Shown: positions 12,874 to 25,357 of the stretch, one piece after another
How positions within the stretch are numbered: position 1 is the stretch's first letter
Layout: the number at the start of each line of letters is the position of its first letter
Origin: Heterodontus francisci
Lineage: Eukaryota
Direction of reading: 5' to 3'
Length of the DNA stretch: 64,000 nucleotides
NCBI RefSeq assembly: GCF_036365525.1
Contig: NC_090374.1
Span: 144,547,288-144,611,287 of the forward strand
Made by a program: the position numbers and the translations under genes
The notes under the pieces: model-generated
Database searches by the model: none
What the model saw: the letters and a program-made list of their open reading frames with translations, nothing else
Told to the model about the DNA's origin: nothing

Positions 12874-14294
12874 CTCAACTCTCAGGCTGCAGCATCTCTT
12901 TGCTGATGGTTTGCATATATTTACATAGCCAAATATTCACCCAGTAATTTTCCTGTGCTGCTACTAAGGGGACAACTGGAGAAATGGACAAGGCCACTCA
13001 TGAAGCAAAACAGGTTCATTTTAAACATTCCACTTTATTATGAAATGGTTAAATTATTGTGTGTAGACCAAGCATGGCTGAAATCCTGCTCTGCCGAGAA
13101 TAGAGCTCCAGCCTATGAACATCATGGTTGCATATCTCCATGGCAGTGACAAAAACTGCTTCTACCTGGTTTCACTCTTGGGCCAGCTGGAACCACAAAA
13201 AGGAGCAACAGTAAAAGGGCAATGTTGTTAAAACATGCTGGTAGGTCAGTAATACCAGTGAATTATTCCTTCCCTCCTCCCAAGCCCCAGTATAGCTTCT
13301 TACCATGAATAAAATAAAATAAATCAGAAGTAGGAAACTCAAGTTCCTCACAGAACTGACGAGTTATTGTGAAACACAGGTTAGCTAGAGACAATCTAGA
13401 GGTGCATAGTTATTTTACTCTAATTTACCTACAGACTGATTATAGTTTTAAAAAAGCTGTATTCCTTTAAATTGCCTCTGGAGACCGACCGGTGTTTCAC
13501 AGTAACTAGAGCCCATTTTCCATGAAAGAAAAAGAGAATAGACAACCACTGTCAGCTGTACTGATAAATATAACTAATCAGATCTATCTTCCTCCAACAG
13601 GAGCAGAGATCCACTTTTTCATTGGCATTGCAAGCACTCATCGAAGATATCGTTCCATAGCTGGTTTGATGGTCACCTGAAATTCTTCATTATTTGTGCA
13701 TATTGGGATACAGAATGCAGGATGGTCAGAATTAACATTACATCAGTTATTGATCTGGGTGAAAATTGTTGCAGAAAAATGAGATGGATGAACAGTGACT
13801 GAAAACATTGATAAGTTTGTTGTGGATTAAGACGACGCAGTCTTGTGTAAAAAAAAAACTGCAAGTTACAATGATCCAATTTGGACGACCAGCAACTACA
13901 GCAGCTTGGCAACAGGCGCCACACCGAAAGCTACAAAACGTCACTTGGCAGCTTCATGTGCGGCACTGTGGCAGAGCCTGCCTCTCAAGGATTGGCCTCC
14001 ACAACCATCAGCAAAAATACACCATCTGAAGACACCCCATCAAATGTAAATGTATTGTTTGCTGCTTGCCCATCATTACCACCATTGGAATGAGGATCTT
14101 TAATGACATCAATATACTATACATGCAGAAAAATGGGTCCCTATATCCCAACTAACCTCCAACACGGCTTGGAGAGTATGGATGAATAATGTTATTTAAC
14201 TGCAAGCAGACAGCAAGAGCTTAGTATACAGTTGCACTCACAAAACCAGATCAAAATCCAACAGGGAGGTAAAAATGCAAATTTTCAACAACTG

Positions 14295-14610
14295 GCCCTG
14301 AGGCATAAATATCAGAAAAGTCTCAGGTTTGAATCGATGTCTGCACTGAGTTAGTTCCTCTCAGCCAGAGTGGCAGTTTAACTCAATTAGAAAAGAGTGT
14401 TCAAAAAATCAGCTGTTCCTGACTGTGACTCAGTGACCTATTCAGAAAGTGCACGTGCATAGCTATATAGCATCTATGATGGCCCACATGGTTAAATACT
14501 CTGTCAAAACTCACTATCTCACATAGATGAAAGATTGACATTTCATTAAGTACTAGAGGGCTGCAGGGGACCTTCAGGGGAGCAGGGAGAGTAAAGGAGA
14601 AAAATGTGAA
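14295..14610 (+). mobile_element. Ancient unclassified SINE-like repeat (related copies ~24515-25345, ~32580-32900, ~50920-51170)
   Basis: Shared blocks ctctcagcca / aaaaatcagc / ctggaaagtgcac / ctcacacatga among copies. Confidence 0.45.
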
Positions 14611-14721
14611 ATTGGAGATTTAAAATGTTACTGCTTGCCCAAAAGAAGGTTTAGTAATGCATCATTTGTTTTATTCCTTGGTGTGACCATACAGAATTGG
14701 AACAATGCCTGTTATGGACTA

Positions 14722-15063
14722 TGAGGAGGTGGTGGCATAGTGGTAATGTCACTGGACTAGTAATCCAGAGGCCTGGGCTAGTGCTCTGGTGACATGGATT
14801 CAAATCCCACCATGGCAGATGGTGAAATCTGAATTCAATTAATAAATCTGGCATTAAAAAGCTAGTCTAATTGTGACTATGAAACCATTGTTGATTGTTA
14901 TAAAAACTCACCTGGTTTACTAATAAGAAAATCTGACGTCCTTACCTGGTCTAGCTTACATATGACTCTAAAATGCCCTCCGAAATTGCCCAGCAAGCCA
15001 CTCAGTTCAAGGGCAATAAATGCTAGCCTATTCAGCGACGCCCACATCCCACAAAATGAATAA
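14722..15063 (+). mobile_element. tRNA-derived SINE sharing its 3' tail with LINE family B
   Basis: Box A tggcatagtgg, box B gattcaaatcc; tail gggcaataaatgctagcc...gacgcccacatccca matches 16880-16920. Confidence 0.8.
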
Positions 15064-15825
15064 TAATTTTTAAAAATCACACGCAGCGTTTGCTGCTGCA
15101 AGTTCAGATATCATCATGTACAGATTGGATCATTAATCATTCATTTAACAATCTCAACATAGCTGCTTGGCTCTTCCACTGTCAGGCCTGGCCACTGACT
15201 ACTACTTTCATTGTGTCCCAAGTTCAATGTGGGTGTAGTTTCCCTATTGTCTGTTGGGCCAAATAATGGACATTCCACAGCGGAAATACTGGAGTGCTGA
15301 GTCTTGATTCACAACTGTGAACACCAACGTCCACTCTCAGGTTTTAAACTAAAAAGGTGGGACGGAGGGTTCAGGTGAGGGGAAATTTATAACTCTAAAG
15401 AGAAAAGAGCAGTGTGGTGATTTGAGTAAACATGAGCAGGAAAGGACAAGGCATACAACGGTAATAGCACATCAGTGAATAAGATAAAAATCAGGAAAAA
15501 ATGGTAAAAACTTAAAATTAATGGCACTTTATCTGAACGCACGAATCATTTGTAACAAGATAGACAAATTAACAGCATAAATAGAGATAAATGGGTTTGA
15601 TCGAATAGCCATGACAGAGACTTGGTTGCAAGAGGACCAAAATTGGAAATAAATATTCTAGGATACTTGATGTTTCAAAAAGACAGACAAAATGGATTAA
15701 GGGGTGAGGGGTTGGGGGGGGGGGGGGGGGGGGGGTGGAGAAAGGAGGGGATAGTTCTGATAATAAAGGATGATATATGAACCGTAGTGAGGAAGAATCT
15801 TAGCTCAAAGTTGAATGAGTATGGA

Positions 15826-16936
15826 TGGAGATGTGTCCTGTACACAAAAAGCAGGACAAGTCCAACCCGGCCAATTACCGCCCCATCAGTCTACTCTCAA
15901 TCATCAGTAAAGTGATGGAAGGTGTCATCAACAGTGCTATCAAGCGGCACTTGTTTAGCAATAACCTGCTCAGTGATGCTCAGTTTGGGTTCAGCCAGGG
16001 GCACTCAGCTCCTGACCTCATCACAGCGTTGGTTCAAACATGGACAAAAGAAGCTGAACTCCAGAGATGAGGTGAGAGTGACTGCCCTTGACATCAAGGC
16101 AGCATTTGACCAAGTATAGCATCAAGGAGCCCCAGCAAAACTGAAGTCAATGGGAATCGGGGGAAAGCTCTCTGCTGGTTGGAGTCATACTAAGTGCAAA
16201 GGAAGATGGTTGCGGTTGTTGGAGGTCAATCATCTGAGCTCCAGGACATAATTGCAGGAGTTCCTCAGGGTAGTTCTAGGCCCAACCATCTTCAGCTGCT
16301 TCATCAATGACCTCCCTTCAATCATAAGGTCAGAACTGGGGATGTTCACTGATGACCATTCGTGACTCCTAAGATAGTGAAGTAGTCCATGTAGAAATGA
16401 AGAAAGATCTGGACAATATGAGTGTGATGGAATACTCTCCACTTGCCTGGATGGGTGCAGCTCCAACAACATTCAAGAAGCTCGACACCATCCAGGACAA
16501 AGCAGCCCACTTGATTGCCACCCCATCCACACAGATTCACTCCCTCCACCACCAACGCACAGTGGCATCAGTACATACCATCTGCAAGATGCACTGCAGC
16601 AAAGCACCAAGGCTCCTTAGACAGCACCTTCCAAACCCGTGACCTCTATCACCTCGAAGGACTAGGGCAGCAGATGCATGGGAACAGCACCACCTGCAGG
16701 TTCCCCTCCAAGTCACACACCATCCTGATTTGGAACTATATCGCCGTTCCTTCACTGTCGCTGGGTCAAAATCCTGGAACTCCCTTCCTAACAGCACTGT
16801 GGGTATACCTATTCCAAATGGACTGCAGCGGTTCAAGAAGGCAGCTCACCACCACCTTCTCAAGGGCAATTAGGGATGGGCAATAAATGCTGGCTTGGCC
16901 AGCAACGCCCACATCCCATGAACGAATAAAAAAAAA
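15826..16936 (+). mobile_element. 5'-truncated LINE family B copy with internal deletion
   Basis: PVHKKQDKSNPANYRPISLLS, ALDIKAAFD; same tail as 6308-7747. Confidence 0.88.
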
Positions 16937-17153
16937 GACAAGAAATAACAAGGGGCATTAAACACTAGTGGGAGTAATTTATAGCCTCCTAACAGGTTCT
17001 ATACTGTTGGACATGCTATTAATCAAAAAATAAAAGGAACTTGTAATAAAGGTAATTTAATAATCGTGGATGGTTCTAATCTTCATATAGACTGGACAAA
17101 TCAAATTGGCAAAAATAGTCTGCAGGATGAGCTCATGAAATGCAATTGAGACA

Positions 17154-17557
17154 GGGTGGCACAGTGATTAGCACCACCTGTGGGTACTGCCTGTGCGGAA
17201 GTTGCAAGTTCTCCCTGTGACTGTGTGGGTTTCTGCTGGGTGCTCTCACAGCCAAAAGACGTGCAGGTTGATAGGTAAATTGCCCCTAGTGTAGGTAGGT
17301 AGTAGGAGAATGGTGGGGATGTGGTAGGGAATTCTTTACACAGAGGGTGGTGAGTGCCTGGAACTTGCTGCTGGGGGAGGTGGTGGAAGCAGGTACGATA
17401 GCGACGTTTAAAAGGCATCTTGACAAATACATGAATAGGATGGGAATAGAGGGATAGGGTCCCCAGAAGTGCAGAAGGTTTTAGTTTAGACAGGCATCAA
17501 GATCGGTGCAAGCTTGGAGGGCCGAATGGCCTGTTCCCGTGCTGTACTGTTCTTTGT
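17154..17557 (+). mobile_element. V-SINE fragment fused to a CR1 3' end
   Basis: SINE head and body to ~17330, then tctttacacagagggtgg...ctgtactgttctttg identical in family to 57049-57280. Confidence 0.75.
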
Positions 17558-18016
17558 TCAATACATTGTGGAACCAACCAGAAAAGAGGCTCTTTTGGAT
17601 CATGTCTTGCACAATGAGACAGGGTTAATTAGTGATCTCATAGTCAGGGATCCTCTGGCAAAAAGTGATCAGACTATGATAGAATTTCACATTGACTTGG
17701 AGAGTGACATACTTAAGCACAAAATTACAATATTAAAATTAAACAAAGTAATTTAGAACAAAGAAGAAAATTACAGCACAGGAACAGGCCCTTCGGCCCT
17801 CCAAGCCTACGCCGATCCAAATCCTCTATCTAAACCTGTCGCCTATTTTCTAAGGGTCTGTATCTCTTTACTTCCTGCCCATTCATGTATCTGTCTAGAT
17901 ACATCTTAAAAGACGCTAACGTGCCCGCGTCTACCACCTCCGCTGGCAATGCGTTCCATGCACCCACCACCCTCTGCGTAAAGAACTTTTCCCCTTTCAC
18001 TTTGAACTCATGTCCC

Positions 18017-20618
18017 CTAGTAATTGAATCCCCCACTCTGGGGAAAAAGCTTCTTGCTATCCAACCTGTCTATACCTCTCATGATTTTGTACACCTCAAT
18101 CAGGTCCCCCCTCAACCTCCGTCTTTCTAATGAAAATAATCCTAATCTACTCAACCTCTCTTCATAGCTAGCGCCCTCCATACCAGGCAACATCCTGGTG
18201 AACCTCCTCTGCACCCTCTCCAAAGCATCCACATCCTTTTGGTAATGTGGCGACCAGAACTGCACGCAGTATTCCAAATGTGGCTGAACCAAAGTCTTAT
18301 ACAACTGTAACATGACCTGCCAACTCTTGTACTCAATACCCCGTCCGATGAAGGAAAGCATGCCGTATGCCTTCTTGACCACTCTATTGACCTGCGTTGC
18401 CACCTTCAGGGAACAATGGACCTGAACACCCAATTCTCTCTGTACATCAATTTTCCCCAGGACTTTTCCATTTACTGTATAGTTCACTCTTGAATTGGAT
18501 CTTCCAAAATGCATCACCTCGCATTTGCCCTGATTGAACTCCATCTGCCATTTCTCTGCCCAACTCTCCAGTCTATCTATATTCTGCTGTATTCTCTGAC
18601 AGTCCCCTTCACTATCTGCTACTCCACCAATCTTAGTGTTGTCTGCAAACTTGCTAATCAGACCACCTATACTTTCCTCCAAATCATTTATGTATATCAC
18701 AAACAACAGTGGTCCCAGCACGGATCCCTGTGGAACACGACTGGTCACACGTCTCCATTTTGAGAAACTCCCTTCCACTGCTACTCTCTGTCTCCTGTTG
18801 CCCAGCCAGTTCTTTATCCATCTAGCTAGTACACCTTGGACCCCATGCGCCTTCACTTTCTCCATCAGCCTACCATGGGGAACCTTATCAAACGCCTTAC
18901 TGAAGTCCATGTATATGACATCTACAGCCCTTCCCTCATCAATCAACTTTGTCACTTCCTCAAAGAATTCTATTAAGTTGGTAAGACATGATCTTCCCTG
19001 CACAAAACCATGTTGCCTATCACTGATAAGCCCATTTTCTTCCAGATGGGAATAGATCCTATCCCTCAGTATCTTCTCCAGCAGCTTCCCTACCACTGAA
19101 GTCAGGCTCACCGGTCTATAATTACCTGGATTATCCCCGCTACCCTTCTTCAACAAGGGGACATTAGCAATTCTCCAGTCCTCTGGGACCTCACCCGTGT
19201 TTAAGGATGTTGCAAAGATATCTGTTAAGGCCCCAACTATTTCCTCTCTCGCTTCCCACAGTAACCTGGGATAGATCCCATCCGGACCTGGGGACTTGTC
19301 CACCTTAATGCCTTTTAGAATACCCAACACTTCCTCCCTCCTTATGCCGACTTGACCTAGAGTAATCAAACATCTGTCCCTAACCTCAACATCAGTCATG
19401 TCCCTCTCCTCGGTAAATACCTATGCAAAGTACTCGTTTAGAATCTCACCCATTTTCTCTGACTCCACGCATAACTTTCCTCCTTTGTCCTTGAGTGGGC
19501 CAATCCTTTCTCTAGTTACCCTCTTGCTCCTTATATATGAATAAAAGGCTTTGGGATTTTCCTTAACCCTGTTTGCTAAAGATATTTCATGACCCCTTTT
19601 AGCCCTCTTAATTCCTCATTTCAGATTGCGCCTACAATCCCGATATTCTTTCAAAGCTTCGTCTTTCTTCAGCCGCCTAGACCTTATGTATGCTTTCTTT
19701 TTCCTCTTAGCTAGTCTCACAATTTCACCTGTCATCCATGGTTCCCTAATCTTGCCATTTCTACCCCTCATTTTCACAGGAACATGTCTCTCCTGCACGC
19801 TAATCAACCTCTCTTTAAAAGCCTCCCACATATCAAATGTGGATTTACCTTCAAACAGCTGCTCCCAATCTACATTCCCCAGCTCCTGCCAAATTTTGGT
19901 ATAGTTGACCCAACACCAGGTCCAGTATGGCCCCTTCCCGAGTTGGACTATTTACAGACTGCTCTAGAAAACCCTCCTGGATGCTCCTTACAAATTCTGC
20001 TCCATCTAGACCTCTAACACTAAGTGAAGCCCAGTCAATGTTGGGAAAATTAAAATCTCCTATCACCACCACCCTGTTGCTCCTACATCTTTCCATAATC
20101 TGTTTACATATTTGTAACTCTATCTCACGCTCGCTGTTGGGAGGCCTGTAGTACAGCCCCAACATTGTTACCGCACCCTTCCTATTCCTGAGTTCTGCCC
20201 ATATTGCCTCACAGCTCGAGTCCTCCATAGTGCCTTCCTTCAGCAGAGCTGTGATATGCTCTTTGACCAGTAATGCAACTCCTCCACCCCTTTTACCTCC
20301 CTCTCTATCCCGCCTGAAGCATCGGTATCCTGGGATATTTAGTTGCCAATCATGCCCTTCCCTTAACCAAGTCTCAGTAATAGCAATATCATACTCCCAG
20401 GTACTAATCCAAGCCCTAAGTTCATCTGCCTTACCTACTACACTTCTTGCATTAAAACAAATACACCTCACACCACCAGTCCCTTTGCGTTCATCATCTG
20501 CTCCCTGCCTACTCTTTCCCTTCGTCACGCTGACTTCATTATCTAGTTCCTTACAGGCTTTAGTTACTACCTCCTTACTCTCCACTGACCTCATTTGGTT
20601 ACCATCCCCCTGCCACAT
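18017..20618 (-). pseudogene. CR1 ORF2 (APE endonuclease + reverse transcriptase), disrupted
   Basis: FNARS, ITETWL, GDFN, LDLVL (APE); NYRPVSLTS, DFSKAFD, PQGSVLGP, FADN (RT; catalytic DD to DN); internal deletion near 19908. Confidence 0.9.
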
Positions 20619-20799
20619 TAGTTTAAACCCTCCCCAACAGCGTTAGCAAAAGCACCCCCAAGGACATTGGTTCCAGTCCGGCCCAGGTGTAGACCGTCCA
20701 ATTTGTAATAGTCCCACCTCCCCCAGAACCGGTCCCAATGTCCCAAAAATCTGAACCCCTCCCTCCTGCACCATCTCTCAAGCCACGCATTCATCCTGA

Positions 20800-21561
20800 C
20801 TATTCTTTCATTTCTACTCTATCACGTGGCACTGGTAGCAATCCTGAGATTACTACCTTTGAGGTCCTACTTTTTAACTTGGCTCCTAACTCCCTAAATT
20901 CTGCTTGTAGGACCTCATCCCGTTTTTTACCTATATCATTGGTGCCTATGTGCACAACGACAACTGGCTGTTCACCCTCCCCCTTCAGAATGTTCTGCAG
21001 CCGATCTGAGACATCCCTGACCTGTGCACCTGGGAGGCAACATACCATTCGGGAGTCTCGTTTTCGACCACAGAACCGCCTATCTACTCCCCTTACAATC
21101 GAATCCCCTATGACTATAGCCCTTCCACTCTTTTTCCCGCCCTTCTGAACAGCAGAGCCAGCCACGGTGCCATGAACCTGGCTACTGCTGCCTTCCCCTG
21201 GTGAGCCATCTCCCTCAACAGTATCCAAAACGGTATACCTGTTGTGGAGGGAGATGACCGCAGGGGACACCTGCGCTGCCTTCCTGCTCTTTCTCTGCCT
21301 TTTGGTCACCCATTCCCTTTCTCCCTCAGCAATCCTAATCTGCGGTGTGACCAATTCACTAAACGTGCTATCCACGACCTCCTCAGCATCGCGGATGCTC
21401 CAAAGTGAGTCCATCCGCAGCTCCAGAGCCGTCATGCGGTCTAACAAGAGCTGCAGCTGGACACACTTCCTGCACGTGAAGGAGTCAGGGACATCAGCCA
21501 TGTCCCTGAGCTCCCACATTGAGCAAGAGGAGCATGTCACAGGTCTGAGATCTCCTGCCAT
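20800..21561 (-). CDS. CR1 ORF1: zinc finger/leucine zipper + SGNH esterase (C-terminus frameshifted)
   Basis: CSSC..CRKC, heptad leucines, GDSIVRG, PGA and HIGTND esterase blocks. Confidence 0.88.
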   Translation of the reverse strand: MAGDLRPVTCSSCSMWELRDMADVPDSFTCRKCVQLQLLLDRMTALELRMDSLWSIRDAEEVVDSTFSELVTPQIRIAEGEREWVTKRQRKSRKAAQVSPAVISLHNRYTVLDTVEGDGSPGEGSSSQVHGTVAGSAVQKGGKKSGRAIVIGDSIVRGVDRRFCGRKRDSRMVCCLPGAQVRDVSDRLQNILKGEGEQPVVVVHIGTNDIGKKRDEVLQAEFRELGAKLKSRTSKVVISGLLPVPRDRVEMKE

Positions 21562-21745
21562 TTTTAATCTTAAGCTTAAACTTAGTTAAATGAAAAAGGA
21601 ACGAAAAGTTTTTAACCAATCACACGATAAAAAAAAAGAGAAATAGAAAAAGCCTTACCTTATCTACACACCACCGAGTCCTTTTTTTTTGGTTAGAGGA
21701 GGGTGGTGGGTGGGAGACACTACAGGTGTAGCGTCTCGGGTTCAG

Positions 21746-22057
21746 AAACGGCCCAAATATATAGGGTTTTACTTACCCAGCAGCCCCCTGGTCTCCGCCG
21801 AAAACAAAAAGAAATTAAGTTTACTTTAAACTGACCTTCCCAGCTGCTCACTCGCTCGCACTCTCTGCTCCCAAAAAAGCTGCTGCAATGAAAGGCAAGT
21901 TATTTTAAACGGCCCAAATATATCGGGTTTTACTTACCCAGCAGCCCCCTGGTCTCCGCCGAAAACAAAAAGAAATTAAGTTTACTTTAAACTGACCTTC
22001 CCAGCTGCTCACTCGCTCGCACTCTCTGCTCCCAAAAAAGCTGCTGCAATGAAAGGC
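21746..22057 (-). repeat. Two ~161-bp tandem monomers at the CR1 5' end (candidate internal promoter)
   Basis: 21746-21906 repeated almost exactly at 21907-22057. Confidence 0.9.
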
Positions 22058-23088
22058 CATTTACATAGATGTGAGGGGCAAGTTGGCTAAGGTAGATTGA
22101 GAAATTAGATTAAAAGGCAAAATGCTAGATGGCAAACATTTAAAGAAATATTCCATCAATGAATATACATTCCATTGAGAAATAAAAACTCCATGGGAAA
22201 AGTGATTCATCCGTGGCTAACTAAAGAGGTTAAGGATAGTATTAGATCAAAAGAAAAAGTTTATAATGCCAAGAGTAGTAAGCCTGAGGATTGGGAGAAT
22301 TTGAGGCCAGCAAAGGATGACCAAAAAAATCAATAGAGAAAATGCAGTGAGAGAGTAAACTACCACAAAATATGAAAACAGATTGGAAGTGCTTCTGCAA
22401 GTTTGTAAAAAGAAAGTAGAGAAAGTCCCTATAAAGGCTGAGAGAATAGGAATTATAATGGGGAATAAGGAAATGACAGACATTAAACAAATAATTTGCA
22501 TCTGGCTTTGCAGTAAAAGACACAAAAAACCCCAGAAATAGTGGGGAACCAAGGATCTAAGAAGAATGAGAAACTTAAAGTAATTATTCATGAAGAAAAA
22601 GTACTGGAGAAATTAATGGGGCTAAAAGCCAACAAATCCCCTTGACCTGATGGCCCATATCCTGAGGTTCTAAAAGAGAAAACTGTGATCTCATTTGCTG
22701 TGATCTTCTAGAATTCCATAGATTCTAGATATGCTCCCGTGGATTGGTAACTAGCAAAGATCTGAGTCAGGGATCCTCTGGCAAAAAGTGATCATACTAT
22801 GATAGAATTTCACATTGAGTTGGAGAGTACATAGAAATATAAGCTTGCTGTTCTGAAAAGGAGAGAGAAAACAGGGAACTACAGGCCAGTTAACCTGACA
22901 CCAGGCATCGGAAAAATGTTAGAATCCATTATTAAGGAAGTGATAACTGGGCGCTTAGAAAGTCATACAATGATTAGCCAGAGTTAACATGGTTTTACGA
23001 AAGGGAAATATTGTTTGGCAAATCTATTACAGTTTTTTTTGAGGATGTAACTAGCAGGGTAGATAAAGGGGAACAAGTGGATGTAGTT

Positions 23089-23410
23089 GGGTCCCATATG
23101 CTTTATTAACTGCTTTGTGAACCTGAGCTGCCACCTTAAAAGATTTATGCACCAACGCCTCTAGGTCTCTTATCTTCTTGACAACCCCTTTAAAATTGTA
23201 CCATTTAGCATGTATTGTCTCTTATCATTCCTCCTACCCAAATGTATCACCTCACACTTTTATGCATAGAATTTCATATGTTTTGTTTCGGACCATTCCA
23301 CCAGTCTGTTTATGTCCTCTTGGCATCTATTATTATGTTCATTGCTGTTTACTAGGCTTCCAATTTTCCTGTCATCTCCAAATTTTGAAATCATACCCTG
23401 TACCCTGCCC
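23089..23410 (-). mobile_element. Decayed CR1 RT fragment, inverted relative to the adjacent old CR1
   Basis: MISKFGDDRKIG...QEDINRLVEWSE. Confidence 0.7.
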
Positions 23411-24634
23411 GCCGTTGAATTATCCTGAAGGTCAAATGTCACAATCAATTGTAATGCTAGTACCTTATTATGCAGATACTAGCATTATGATTTAAATAAT
23501 ATGCTTATTTTAGTTACATCAGACTTTGTGCTTAATTATATTTGTGGTGCTTCCTCACTTGTGCAGTAGTCTTTCTGTTAATAACACCGTGGCAACCCAT
23601 CACCATCCCTATTGGTTTATTTAAAATAGGCAAACATCCAATCATGCTCAACAAGATGCATATTGGTAAGAAAACAGCCATTAAAAAGTATGTAGTATTA
23701 AAAATGTAAAATGTATACAAGACAATAACACAAGCCAAAACTCAGCTTCAAATTTATAAGCTAATTGTAATTTTGAGGTTAATGCTGGCTTCTGAATCCC
23801 TTCATTGGATTACAGTAACTCCCTCGCATATAGCTATTAGGTTATCGACACCAACAAAGCCAAGAGACTGTCAAAACCCAGGAGATCACACTAGTCAATA
23901 AGCAAAAAGAATTCTTTATTTTATCCCAGCTTACTGGAACATCTGAAAATATTATATTTACTGTAAGTCAAATGTGGTTTCTTTATATCATGGCGTCTGC
24001 TACTCCTGACAAGATTTCTTTGCAACTATTTTGACACCGAAGCAAAAAATATTTGGAGTTCAATTCCGATGCAAGATTACCTCCAGTTTCAAATTGTGTA
24101 ACAGTTGCCACTTGTATGCTATTGAGCCACTTATTTCATAGCAATTCAAAAGCCTCACATGCTGGTCAACAGAAGTAACTCAAAAAATTCTTAATAAAAG
24201 AGCTAAAGTGCAAATGGAAACTGAGCTTCTCCAAAGCACACAGACAAAGCAACCACAGTAACTGCTTCAGCCAATGAAAGGAACAACTCGTCGTTGTTTT
24301 GGCTGGACTTCAAACAGCACTGCCAGCTGTTAGCAAGTCCAGCAGTGCTGTTTGACCCCAAAGTGCAATGCATGCAGAACAGCATCAACTTTATGGTGAG
24401 CAGCATTTAAACTGTGAGAAAGTTCAGAGAAATGTTTAAATTGCAAAGTAAAAATAAAATGCAAAATAAATTTTTTTGGCTGGTTAACAGTGGTTTCCCC
24501 ATTCTTCTATGCAGACGATACCCAGCCAGTACTGAGCTAGCTGGACTCAGCTGGGAAGGTGGTACAAGTCCCACAGGGCTTTGAGGGGGCACCAGAGGGA
24601 AAAAAATAAAAACCAGCTGAGGATTCTGACTTCT

Positions 24635-25193
24635 GGGATGGAATTTCCTTCAGAGAGATCTCCAACCGTCCAGTCGTTCTGTTGGAGGTCCTGTTTATTG
24701 GCATCAGGTCAGCAGGCTGTGGTAGAGGTACGAATGCTCTCGGGTCACCTACTGGCTGCATGCCACCACATTATCAGGCTGTCTGGTTGGCCTCTGGGTT
24801 GGAAGGTAGGTAGGTTTCCGGGTGTGGGGCATCAATCTGCAGGTAGCGGAGTGACAATCACCTGGGCTCGGTTTGTGGGGCTTGGAGCAGCAGTCCGGCT
24901 CCCTCATCACACAAAATTTCTGAAGAACTCAGCTTTCAGGTCCTCTTCAGACTGCCACCTGAAGCTGGTCAGAGGGTGTACACTGCATGCTTCACCCAGC
25001 TCAGTCCAAAAATTGAAATCTGGTTCCTACAGATGTTATAGAATATCGATTTCCATTTTAATTATGTCTACCTCCCAATTCAAGGGGCTGCTCCAGTTAA
25101 CAGTGCTGCAACCACAGTGACAATGGGAGATATGACATTGCTCACCCCTTCTTGGGGCAGTGCCACCAGACGGAAGGGCTAAAAATTTAGCCC
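24635..25193. mobile_element. Decayed Harbinger-like MITE inserted in an old SINE-like repeat
   Basis: gggatggaattt ... aaaatttagccc ends; host repeat resumes at 25194. Confidence 0.5.
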
Positions 25194-25357
25194 TTGGTTG
25201 CTACCAGTAACTCCTGCTGGAAATTGTGTGCGAGAACGTTGAGAGAGAATAGGATCAGCTTGACGGCATTGATGAAGAAGCTTGTTGGTGCTTGCTTTCC
25301 AGGCTCACATGTAAAGACTGGTCATTTGGATAAGGTACAGGGGCTTTAAGTTATCAT

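Larger units (their letters stand above)
17756..22058 (-). mobile_element. Full-length young CR1 LINE (5'UTR monomers, ORF1, ORF2, tail)
   Basis: ATTTA target duplication at 17751-55 and 22059-63; ORF1, APE and RT in order; ttctttgttc-type tail. Confidence 0.93.
15330..23088 (+). mobile_element. Old CR1 ORF2 remnant, interrupted by three later insertions
   Basis: LYLNARII, IAMTETWLQ, EPTRKEALLD, SDQTMIEF, NYRPVNLT, HGFTKGK motifs in order across the pieces. Confidence 0.8.

Noticed and set aside
20800-21561. Host SGNH esterase gene
   Set aside because: It is CR1 ORF1, inside an element bounded by a target-site duplication
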